A DNA stretch of 64,000 bases, from assembly GCA_002633005.1 (NCBI GenBank), contig NMRA01000654.1, positions 60,120-124,119 on the forward strand. Reading direction: 5' to 3'. A program made the translations under genes and the position numbers. Of the stretch, positions 13,401 through 25,400 are shown piece after piece. This stretch comes from Phoronis australis (taxonomy: Eukaryota > Animalia > Phoronida). The notes under the pieces were generated by a model, which had not been told where the DNA came from, ran no database searches, and was given only the letters and a program-made list of their open reading frames with translations. Numbering within the stretch: position 1 is the stretch's first letter; the number at the start of each line of letters is the position of its first letter.

Positions 13401-16400
13401 TTAAAGTAATTTCTGGCACTGGGAAAACTGACAGCTGAACTCAAAAAGTTGAAAGTCACATGACTGTCAGTTAACACTAAGCTAGTTCAGTGACTCGCCA
13501 CTAGATGGTGTTACTGGTTGGTGTTCCGTGGCTTCAGTACTACTAATGCTCGTTCACCTAACTAGAAAATTACAACAACACCTGCGCAGTGACACACATC
13601 ACTATCTCCCATCTTGACTGAATCCCATCGAATAGACATCACATTCATACCTTTGGGAACCTTTCCCTGTAGACACTATTCATGAGTAGGGTTTCCCCTT
13701 CCATTCCGGGAGATCTCGAAGGACTACTGCAAGAGACAAAGCACAGCGATCACCCTGTGCGCGCGGCTGACAAATGGAAGGTACTGGCTAACAATAAGTT
13801 ATCGATTTCACCCTCTAGAAACCCTAAATTACTTGCAAATGATTAAAAGAATAATTAGAGCAAAAACATAAGCAAATTAAAGAGACCTAAAACAAACAAA
13901 ACATTTTGAAAACCTGGAGACACAGGAGAGACGGAACAAAATCTAACATGGCCGCTGACGAAAACAGTATGACTGCTAACAAAAACATACCACCCAAATT
14001 TATTGACAACAAAATGATTTTATCAGATTTCATTTTAAACATTTACTTTGCACAAAAAATAATCGTCAAAATTGTCATTTTCCTTTTTTCAGAGGTTGAT
14101 TACTTTCCAACAAATTGTGGAAACTTTGTCAAGTTAATGTTGTTTTATAACCTCTACACAGTGCTAGTGAAAGACTTAATTTTCTTAATCTTTATTTTTG
14201 TGGAGAAATTTGAGAAAACGGAACTTCACTCGTCAGACATATTGTGTGCTAAATAAGTGAAGAATTATGGTACTTCAAACATTTCAACGAAGCGTCTTGG
14301 ACGTAGATGGGTAAACCAAAGAGCAGCAATTGCTACAGGTCATTTCACAAACAATGGTTCAACAGCAGCTCGGGCACAGTCCTAGCAATAGACTCTGGCA
14401 GTTGCAAAATGTTGCAGGCCTATTTCCTTATACGTATATGACACAGTACACTAAGACTATCCAAAAGCATCAATTAGGCTGGGTTCTCACAAGAGCAAGC
14501 AGGTATAAAGAAAAATCAGCTGCCACTCAATGTAACAATTAATCAACGCAGAAATTTCCTTTAAACTTTTCAGAGAGCAAAGACAAACAGGGGATCGGAT
14601 TTAATGTGCAACCAAAGCAGACTAATGCCACCATATATTGATTAGTATGTTATTAGGATTGGATGACATTAAACAGGTGACGGCTACATGGAAGACCAAA
14701 TAAGGGATGAGACGTTTATGTCGCTTTCCCACTAGGGAAATTTGAGTCTATCGAAACTTCGTCACATTTCTCAATGCTCCACTAGGTCGTGCCCTATAGC
14801 AATTATTCATATCGGACTGGATTTGACCACTCCAATTTCAGGAAAGTTCCACAACTGCAAATTAAACCACCATATTTGGAGAGGAGTTGCTATGGAAGTT
14901 CAAGTCCAGGATTTACGCTTTCTCCTGCATCACTATTTGTCAAAACAGGAAAGTTGCAGCACTGGTGGGACAGCAACATCATTGGAACAAAGGCTTGACA
15001 TCATGGACATGCATTTTGTTCATGATCATCCAATGCTTTAACACTGACAACGGCTAACACTGTCGAAAAAACATAATTTCAAATAGCCCCCTTTGTCAAG
15101 GGCTTCTAACATGGCTGTGCGTGCAGATTAACATTTATCTGCTTCTTATTTTATACGAAGTAAACAAGAACATAAAAATTCATTTGTCCTCTGTATTGTG
15201 TCCATTAAGGCGAGATATTACCATAGCTCACAAAGAATAAATATAGTTATATCGACAGACTCCAGGTTTTTTTGATGGGAAATGAAAATTTGATACTGTG
15301 GTTCTCTTCAAATCTCACGCTGCACCGTTGTTTTGGTTCATGTTTTTGGGCGGAGCAAACTTTTTTTGCTTTTTTTTTAATATGCCGAGTTAGCGTTCTT
15401 AATTTACACATGATAAATGGGTGGATCAAATGATCGATTCAATGCGAAGATTCACCGCCATTAAGTTATTAAGTTATCTCAGTTTGTAAATCTTACAATT
15501 TCAGCTTAACCTAATTAGCACAGCGTAGGTCTATAATTTTCTCTATCAGTTGAATTGAAGATCAAGGCCCTATGTACTTGCAAATGAGACATGCTTGATA
15601 ACACACAAAAGACTGAACGAAGGCTCCGACGGTCCAATACTGCTGACTCACAGTCAACACCGCGAACAGACACAGATTTAAGTATCTAGTTAACAGGCAA
15701 TATTATACTACACATTGATTTCTCACATGCACTAACGAAATGACAGGAGTCTGTGACAAACTAATGTGGATACAAGACTAGAGAAAAGGGCTTTACAGGC
15801 AATGATCAAACTTCTTCGTTCCAAGTAAAATAGCAATGCGACGAAAAAAAACAACGGCATGAAATCAATTGACTCTGAAGACCAACCAGTGATCTCAAGA
15901 GACTAGTGGACAAGAGTGCTTGGATTGTTAGCAAGGAGTTGTACATTCCAACTTGAACCCTGGACAAGGCAGAAAGCCTTACTACAAACTTGAAACCAGT
16001 AATNATTTATTGCAAAACAGCGTTCTATAGGATTGCTGGCTTTTGCTAATTGTTAGATGCTCGCCCGTCCAATTCATTTTAGCAACTGAAAAGCAAATCA
16101 TCACAAAGTGGTGTTATGTACACATTTCAAAAGTAAAAATATATTTCCTCACCTTTACTCTGTGGGCTTTTATGTTTGCTCATGTTTCACATAAAGGCAC
16201 GTGTCCCTACTGATAGATAATGGGCTTTTTGTTTTGCATATAGTTAATTATGTACACTATATATTGCAGGTGTATGTCCCTGTGACAGATATAGGCGTTG
16301 TTTTACATAAAGGCACGTGTCCGTAATGACAGATATAGGCTTTGTTTCACATAAAGACACGTGTCCGTAATGACAGATATAGGCGTTGTTTCAAGTATAG

Positions 16401-19400
16401 GCAATTATGTACACTATAAATCTCACTGTTGCCTAAACCTTGAGACAGAAGATCAGTGAATTTTTGAGAAATATTTTTTCCACTGAATAAAAGGCCTCAA
16501 ACTGATTCTGTAAGTGACTTTTGTTTTTTATTTTCAGGCTCCAAAATGGTGTCTGCTGCCATCGCATTTGCTATGGCCATTTTCTCGCATATCTTCAACC
16601 ACGCGCTGATGAGACTCCAGGGGTCCCTGTACGAGGCAGAGAATGCGCAAAGCTTATTACACACGGACGGTGAGTTCCAGAGAAATTGTCTCAGTAGGGA
16701 CCTTCCTTGTGTAGCAATAAGGAAACCGATGTGAAAATGAATAACAGTTTCACTTTATCATTTTATGGTTGACCTGGTGTAATGAGTACTTTGGTGTGCA
16801 GATGTTTGTTGGAAACAAAGGAAAAGATGTTCACTGTGGGTTCTGCGATAAGTTAGTTGTAGGAACTTGTGTTAATAAGTAGCTATTGGATCATTTTCTT
16901 TGAGGAGACAACAGAAGAATGCTTAGTTTTTGTATAATTCACAAACAATTGTTGAAATAGCAGTCATTTTTGTGCCTAGTTTCATCAAATCCACAGTGGA
17001 AGTTAATGTGACTTTGTGTTTGCTTGTAACCTTAGGCGAGCTGTCATTTGAGGATGACGATGACTTGACCCCAGACGACCTTGACATTGACCATGAAACG
17101 GGTGAACCCATGGAAGAGCAGGAGTCGCCATCACCAGATGGCAGTAAGGTGTGTATTGTGATCTTTTGAATTTAGTACTAACAGAAAATGAGTATTACAT
17201 GGCCTGGGCGGATAGTTATTTGCCCACCAGCGGCTAACATATCGGTGTTGATAGTTCGTAATATTGACCACCGGTACCATATTGACCTCTGCTGTGGTAA
17301 GTTTCATTAACCTTTTAAAAGCTTTTTGTGAAGTAATGGGAATCCCATGATGGTGATTCGATCCCGGGATCTTAATGTTCTCAAGTGACTACTTTACCAC
17401 TGCACCACCAGCATGTCACTGAAATCGAGTGTCTTTTAAACTTTTTATGCAATCAGGAATCTCAGGACACGTTTGTTTTAAAGTAACTGTAAATTGTATA
17501 CTACTCTGTGAACCCAAACCAGCATTTCACTCCAGCACCCTCTTGCACAAAGGTGTTTTCAAAGGCTAGTCTAAGAATGATTATCGACTTTCACTACATG
17601 TCGTTTGCATGGACTTTGCTTTGTGCACGCTGAGTGCACTGACACGCAATTTGCGATCACATCGATAGAGCCTCACGATGGTTACCCATTGTTTTGTATT
17701 AAAAACTGGCCATTGTATGAGTGCAAACATGATATCTTCTCAAAATATAATCAATAATTTTGTCTTTGTCCATTCCAAGCACCTGCTAGAAGCTTTTTCC
17801 AAGATCTCTTCACTATGTTTCGGTTTAAAAACTACCAGCTGACTAATCAAACGAGTAATCTGCATACAATCGAGAGCCCAAACATAGCCGTTGTCCATGA
17901 ATGTAATCCGCCTCAGTCAGTATCACATTTTTGTGGTCTGAATAAACAAGGTTTTGACCAAGCTTGAAAGTCAGTAATTGTATAGTATTTCATGGGGAGT
18001 TGAGTGATTGTATATTTTCAGATTCATAAGGAATAAATAAAAAAGCTTAAACATGCAAGAGCTGGTCATATGAAATAAGGGATGTACGTTACTTTCTGAG
18101 TTTCATGACAGTTGGTTATGCTCAGGGCATAAAATGGCACGTAGTGACAAGCCAGCTTGTTTACCATGGTCTCAAGCAATTGTCAGCTCTTTTGATCAAA
18201 AACCGGACGATCGCCGCACAAATAATATTCTATGTATCTCTCACTTCACTCTATGGATGTTACCTGAGCTGTATGTTGGCACTTGTTGTCCTAAATTGTT
18301 GTAAATATGATCCTGATGATGTCTAATGAAAAGACGAAACGTTGAATTGAACATGAACTTTTTTGTTTGTGCGGCGATCGTCCGGTTTTTTGTCTTATTG
18401 TGGCCAAAAACTGATTTAATTAACAGTTCTTTTGACGCCCTGAACTCACCTGCAATTTGAGTGGTGAACAATATGAGACCAATTACATGACGGTAAGTGT
18501 CCTAAACAAAAAAACTGGTGTTTTTGGCATAAAAATGCTGAAAGTATGTTAACATTCTTCTGTCTTTGCTTGTAATAATACGCTCGTCGGCAGTTTCATT
18601 AATCCGCATAATTGCTGTTTTTTTCTTTGAGCAGAAGAAAAAGCGTCGTAGGCGAAGACGTAGGAGAAGGGTGTCGCAGCCAGTGGCTGAGAATGCCTCG
18701 GAAGAGTCGGACTTGAGTGAGGGTAAGGGGCTGAGTGGCTGTAACACAAACAGATAATCACGTGTCCCAAACAGATAACACAAACAGGTCACCTCATTCT
18801 CTGCCAGTACTCCCATGTTCTTTCAGGTGGACGGCAAATTCAAAATAACATGTTTTCGGTCTGAAATATTTGTACGTGTGCTCGAGTTGTCATCAGTTTT
18901 ATTGATAATAATAATAATTACGTAACTGATAACTTTATTTGAACAAGAGGCCACCGGGCCTCGGTTCACAATAGTATATACAAACTTTATACTTGCGTAC
19001 ACAGTCGTTGAAAATTTAATATTTCGTTTCTGATCATAATGTGTTTTTATTACTTATATCAGTACCATTTTATAGATCTTTTATGAGGTAAGAAAGAAGG
19101 AAGATTTTTGTCTCACTTCACTTGGCGTCATGATGCTAACCTGGAAGTGCGCAGTGGGAATTTGACTTTAAAACCTCGTGCTGATTTTTCATGTCTAGAT
19201 CAGTTGACCTCATGTAAGGTTACGGAGCAATTTGCGACTTTGTCCCGTTTTTCTGCTAAGTTTGGAAACGTGCAAGTGCTCTATTCCACCCTGGAAAAGT
19301 GGCACAAGTTTTCAGTTAATCCATGTAATCCTAATGAGTTGATGTCTGTTATAGAACTCCCATTGCTCTTGTTGACTTTATGTAATGATTTGGCTTTTAG

Positions 19401-22400
19401 TTAACGGGAGACTTTCAAATAGCATCTTGGCGTCTGGTTGACGTAGGTCCTGATACCAGTGGCCTCTAGAGGATGATGAGACATTTTATGTTTTCTGTTT
19501 AAAACACATTCCATGTAGTCGCATACACTGTAAAATGGTCTTTTCACGCCACACGCTGCGAAGACAAAGTAACAATTGGTACAGCTAGGTGTCGATGTGA
19601 GTCACTGGTCCCAGGTGATCAAACCCGTTGCTTCTGCAAAGTCTCCCATTGTATTTGTATTGAACTTTTCATGGGTGCATGGGAAAAATTGACTCAGAGT
19701 GTTATGACTGATGCGCAATGATTCGTTTCTGGAAAATACAATTTGAAAATATTGCTTCCGTGGACTTCATTTCGGGACTTAGCATGTGAAGTTTGTGTTT
19801 TTGTAGGTGAACACGTGCACGAAGAAAAAGATGTTGCCATGTTGAGTGGTGACTCTGATGAAGACATGTTGAATTACATGGACAACTCTGACTCATCAAG
19901 TGAAACAGACGATCTGATGGAGAGTCAGGAACTAAGGCCAGGTGGGTACTGAAGGTGTGTGATAGAGAGACTGGAACTGAAGCCAGGTGGGTACTGAAGG
20001 TGTGTGTTCGAGAGTCTGGAACTGAGGCCAGGTGGGTACTGAAGGTGTGTGTTCGAGAGTCTGGAACTGAGGCCAGGTGGGTACTGAAGGTGTGTGTTCG
20101 AGAGTCTGGAACTGAGGCCAGGTGGGTACTGAAGGTGTGTGTTCGAGAGTCTGGAACTGAAGCCAGGTGGGTACTGAAGGTGTGTAATGGAGAGTCTGGA
20201 ACTGAGACAAGGAGTGGAATGATGTTGTCTGATGGAGAGTCAGGAACTGTGACTCTATATCAGTTACTAATTTGCTGAAACCTACTTCTATGTTCTCGAG
20301 TACTCTGCTGCAAGCAATTAGTCTAGTCCTGATGGTGTCGTCCTAGTTCTTGTAACACAGTTGTGTATAGACTGGTCTAGTGTGATGAACTTCAAGTGAC
20401 AAGGAATGGCGGGCAGTTTACAACTCAGCTCCAAAAGATAGGGTTCTGTTTGTGCTGTTGTCTCATCTTGTCATGGAAATAAACTGTTGTCTCGTACTGT
20501 GTGAGACACTGCCTGTTGCATTTGGTAATAGTCTGATATAACAGGCCTGCATTTTGAGAACCAGTTTCCTCAACAGAATTACATGCGTCAGACTGGTTCT
20601 CAAATGTGGGCACATTGTAGCCGACCGTTGCCTCACATACTGTTACTCTCTTATCAGGTTTTGCCGTTAGCGCGTCACCAGAGCAACTGGAGGGTCAGTT
20701 AGAGCGACTTGATCTCCAGGCACTACAGAAGAACTACTCGGGTGGTGTGTTCAGCGCAGACGTCAGTAATGAGAACCAAGTGTACCTTGACAGTCTTGAG
20801 GCTGGCTACAGTCTCTCACTAGACTGGCAACAGTCATCATCAGCGTTCATGCAAAATGACTTGGGGTAAGTGTTTATGGAGTGTTTGGGGGGTGGGGTGT
20901 TTGTTAGTGTGTTTGTGTTTGGGTGTGTGTTTTTAGTGCGTGTTGAGTGTTTATGGGAATGTTTGTAAGTGTGTGTTGAGAGGGGGGGGTTGTTTGTTAG
21001 CGTGTGTTGGGGTGTTTGCTGGAGTGTGTGTGGGGTGGATGCTTGTTAGCGGATGTTGAGTTTGGGTTTGTATGTGTATCTGGGAGGGTTGGNTTTGTAA
21101 GTGTGTGTTGAGGGGGGGGTTGTTTGTTAGCGTGTGTTGGGGCGTTTGCTGGAGTGTGTGTGGGGTGGATGCTTGTTAGCGGATGTTGAGTTTGGGTTTG
21201 TATGTGTATCTGGGAGGGTTGGATTTTAATGTTGAATGTGGGGAATATTTGTCAGGGTGTGTGTTCAGGTATGTATATGGAGGATGTTTGCTGAATATGG
21301 TGAAGTGGGCAATGAATTGGCAGACCTGTTGAGTCTCATGCATCTTGTAGGAGTACTTCACTTTGAAACATTGCAAATTTTTTTCAAAAATTATTCTTTT
21401 TTAAATTGCTTTTTTTCTGAAAACATTTCAACATGTACAAATATGACGATGGACACTGGAGATGCCATACATTTGGTGTCACCTCTTGATGAGTACAGTA
21501 AGTTGCGTGTGAGTGAGTGAATTTGTGAAGAGCTTGGCATGCATTGATACCACAAAGCATATGCCCGACATCACAGCCAAAGTATATCAAACTCAGTGTA
21601 TCAATGTATTCGCTGTAAAGATGTATCATAAATAGTCGCATGACTGTATTTTCCTTCAAGTTTATGACACATGCGCGTACCCAGGATGGGGGGGGGGTTA
21701 ATTTGAGACCCCCCCCCATTTGGCAAAGCGGGCAAAAATGTCCGCCTCAGAGAACCAAAAACTGAAAAAGATAAAAATGAGGCAAAAGTCTACTAAAAAG
21801 ACAGAAACTATGCCAAAAGTCAGCAAATGGTCAATACATAGCTCTACGCCATGACTCTTGGTAAAAGGTTCACATTCTCAAAAATTCAAGCCCCCATTTT
21901 TTAGGCTGGGTGTACGCTTGTGACATCAAACATAATTGTAAAAAATATCCAATGTCAAGCAAATCCAGTCTCAAGCAAGCCGGTGTGAGACCCTGAACAG
22001 GTCAGGTTTGATTTATAGGTAGTCCAGGTTCGGATTTGCCTATCAAAGGTGTACTCTAAAAGTTAAGAAATTGAATGAGGAAATTGTACATTGAACAAAT
22101 AAAGCTGTTAAGAGCAATGCCTGAGGTGAATAAACACGTTTTTTAACGTCTGACTCCTGTCCAATGCAGCTTTTCTAGACAATAGAATCTAGCATATATT
22201 GTGTTTTAATGTGCGCTATTGGTACTACTCTTTACAGGACGACAATGAACATTAATGCGTTTGTTCAACATTAAACTGCAATCATTCGTTGCCATATCTG
22301 ATGTATTTCTTTCCTCACTTGCTTACTGTTGCCCTGTTGACTTGACTGCTGATGTGTAAGTTAAGTCAAGCTTGGCAGAAATTATTGAATGTGCTTTTTG

Positions 22401-25400
22401 GTAAAGTCTGACTCCTTGTGGCTTGGTAATCATTGATGTGAGAACTGGAATAAGATTTGTGGTCTGTAAGATAACTGAAGGTGGCGCTGTTGAGCAACGG
22501 AAACTTCTCTTGAATAATATGGCTGAGCCTGACTAAGGTTGGACATTTTGAGCTTGACTATTCTTTCCAGTTTAGTTAGCAAAGTCCGTGAGCAGACCAG
22601 TCCTTTGAATCACTATGTTGTTAGTGACAAAATGGTGCGCGGTTTTAATCCCTTTCCAAGTTAAATTTTTTGAAATGTCTGTGCGCCAGTGACTTTTATT
22701 TCCAATTTTTCATTTCAGCTTCCACCTTTTCCCTGGACTGAACCTTGTCAACCGCCAGGACAGTGACTCATCCGACAATGAGGTGTTTAGGGCTGTCATG
22801 CAGGGCAAGAAAATGGTCAATCGACCACCAGGTGGGGTAGTTGTGTTACGCGATCTCAGACTTTGTGAACAGTTTTGGAACATGCTCCAGATTTTCGGAG
22901 TTGACGTTGCTCATGGGCCATTATGTTTCAAAGAAACAAGTTCTAGTAATGGGCAAGGTTTAGTATTGTTGTAGTACCCTGAAATATTTTGAAAAAGTAA
23001 TGGGATGCTAAGCCAAATACTTGCGTAATTGGATCTGTCTGGGTTTTTTTCAAAACTGAATCTTTGATGCGTCATTTTTGTGACTGTCTATATTTTTTAA
23101 AGAAACAATCACTTGATTTCTGCAAAAACCAGCAAGGATCTTTTTTCTACTCACTGCCACCTGGTGTCAGCACAGGTCTCAAAATGAATCAAGTCCAGAC
23201 CAGAAGCAGTTTTATGCTATTTTTGCCTTGCAGATATTTTTATGTGTCCGGAGTACTAAAATACAGTATTGCTTTCTGCAGGTTTTGACAAGGACCCTGA
23301 GTCTGCTCATGTGGAGGACATTACACAGAAGATCGCCAACTTTGCCATCGAGACGGACACAGACACTAGTCTGATCCCGACGGATACGGACAACTCCAGC
23401 TTACCCACAGAGAGCGAACATGGAGACACAGAGGTTGAGGAGTTGAGTGACACGGGAAGTGTGATTGACAAGTGAGTGACACTGGCTGTGTGATTGACAA
23501 GTGGATAGACAGGCGTCAGTCATGATAGTAGGGTTAAGACTGGAAAGTAACTCCTTGCACACTACATTACCCCTTGCACTATGTTATCCCAATATACTCT
23601 CCAGGTATTACCCCTCACTTGGGACCAATATCTAAGTGTGTATATTACTCCCAGCCCTCACCTACTTTCTGTACACCACACTGCCTAAGTATCACCCATG
23701 TACTTCCTACCTGTGCACAATTTTCCCCATAGCACTTCCTCCTGATTGTACAAAATAAATTTAAGATCAATGCCCGATTAGAGTTTGGACATGCACACAG
23801 CTGGGAGTGGCTCAGCCATAGATTAAAGTTGGCATAGCCTGCTCTGAAGACTTAAAAAACAGAAAAAATATGATCATTCATGAGCTGCTGCAATAATTCA
23901 ACCTTGTTGTGTTGCAGGACTGAGTTACTAGAGCGCCGTCTACACAGACTGCTGGATGTGGTCTCTGGTGAGGGTCTGTTGCCCACAGTCAAACTGATCT
24001 GTGATTGGTTGAAATGTCACCAAAGTGTTGTCACCACAACGGCTAAGGTAAGGAGTATGGTTGTGTCCCAGGACATTATCGGCGTAATGTGATAGCACCT
24101 TTAGCTACACACATTGTGACACCTGAGCCACGCCCAGNNNNNNNNNNNNNNNNNNNNNNNNNNNNNNNNNNNNNNNNNNNNNNNNNNNNNNNNNNNNNNN
24201 NNNNNNNNNNNNNNNNNNNNNNNNNNNNNNNNNNNNNNNNNNNNNNNNNNNNNNNNNNNNNNNNNNNNNNNNNNNNNNNNNNNAATGCTTGTTGACAGGG
24301 TTAGATTAGAGGTAGTGTCCTTGTATATAAGCTCCGCCCCAGTTGTCAATCACTGAGCTGGTGAGCACTCAAGCCATATGACTTACTGAGGTTTGGTCAA
24401 ATATAGTTAAAAAAACAACTTTGGATTTTCAGAATGATTTTATTTTTCTTCAGTATACTGTGCATCAAGAATTAAAGATTAGGATGACATGAAAATGTAA
24501 AAAACAGTCAAAATTAATTTTTTTGTGTATCCACCTACCTTAAGATCAATGCCCGATTAGAGTTTGGACATGCACACAGCTGGGAGTGATGGCTCAGCCA
24601 TAGATTAAAGTTGGCATAACCTGCTCTGAAGACTTAAAAAACAGAAAAAATATGATCATTCATGAGCTGCTGCAATAATTCAACCTTGTTGTGTTGCAGG
24701 ACTGAGTTACTAGAGCGCCGTCTACACAGACTGCTGGATGTGGTCTCTGGTGAGGGTTTGTTGCCCACAGTCAAACTGATCTGTGATTGGTTGAAATGTC
24801 ACCAAAGTGTTGTCACCACAACGGCTAAGGTAAGGAGTATGGTTGTGTCCCAGGACACTATCGGCGTAATGTGATAGCACCTTTAGCTACACACATTGTG
24901 ACACCTGAGCCACGCCCAGTTATGCGTAGCCGCCGGCACTGGATTCAATTTACCTCCACACAAAACATGCTTGGACAAAGTCCCGTTACTGGAGCCAGCA
25001 GTTTGTGATCTCATGTGTCACATAGTCTGACTGTATATTGTATGCACTCAGATGCTTGTCCTGTGAGGCATGACAAATAAGACAAACACATTCCTCACAT
25101 GATGCGGTTATGGCCATACTTTGCAAACATTTCCAGGTTTTCACTTTCAATAAGAGAGAAATTCGTCTTAACACTAAATGTGTTAGTCTTATAAAGATGT
25201 ATTCTTTTTGTTTTCTAAATTACTTTTTCCACTGAATTATGCCGCTGCTCTGTTTTACTGGTAACTTTATGGTTTCTCAAAACCTGAAAAAGAACAGTGC
25301 CATTTTTAGAAATAATGAAGAAATTCTTGAACATGTTTGCTACAAACAATTATCGATCGAGTTGTGGCCAGAATATGTCAAATTTGTGGATTTATACTTT

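Noticed and set aside
20960-21222. ~128-bp direct duplication in GT-rich sequence
   Set aside because: The copies meet at the N at 21093, typical of a contig-overlap artefact.
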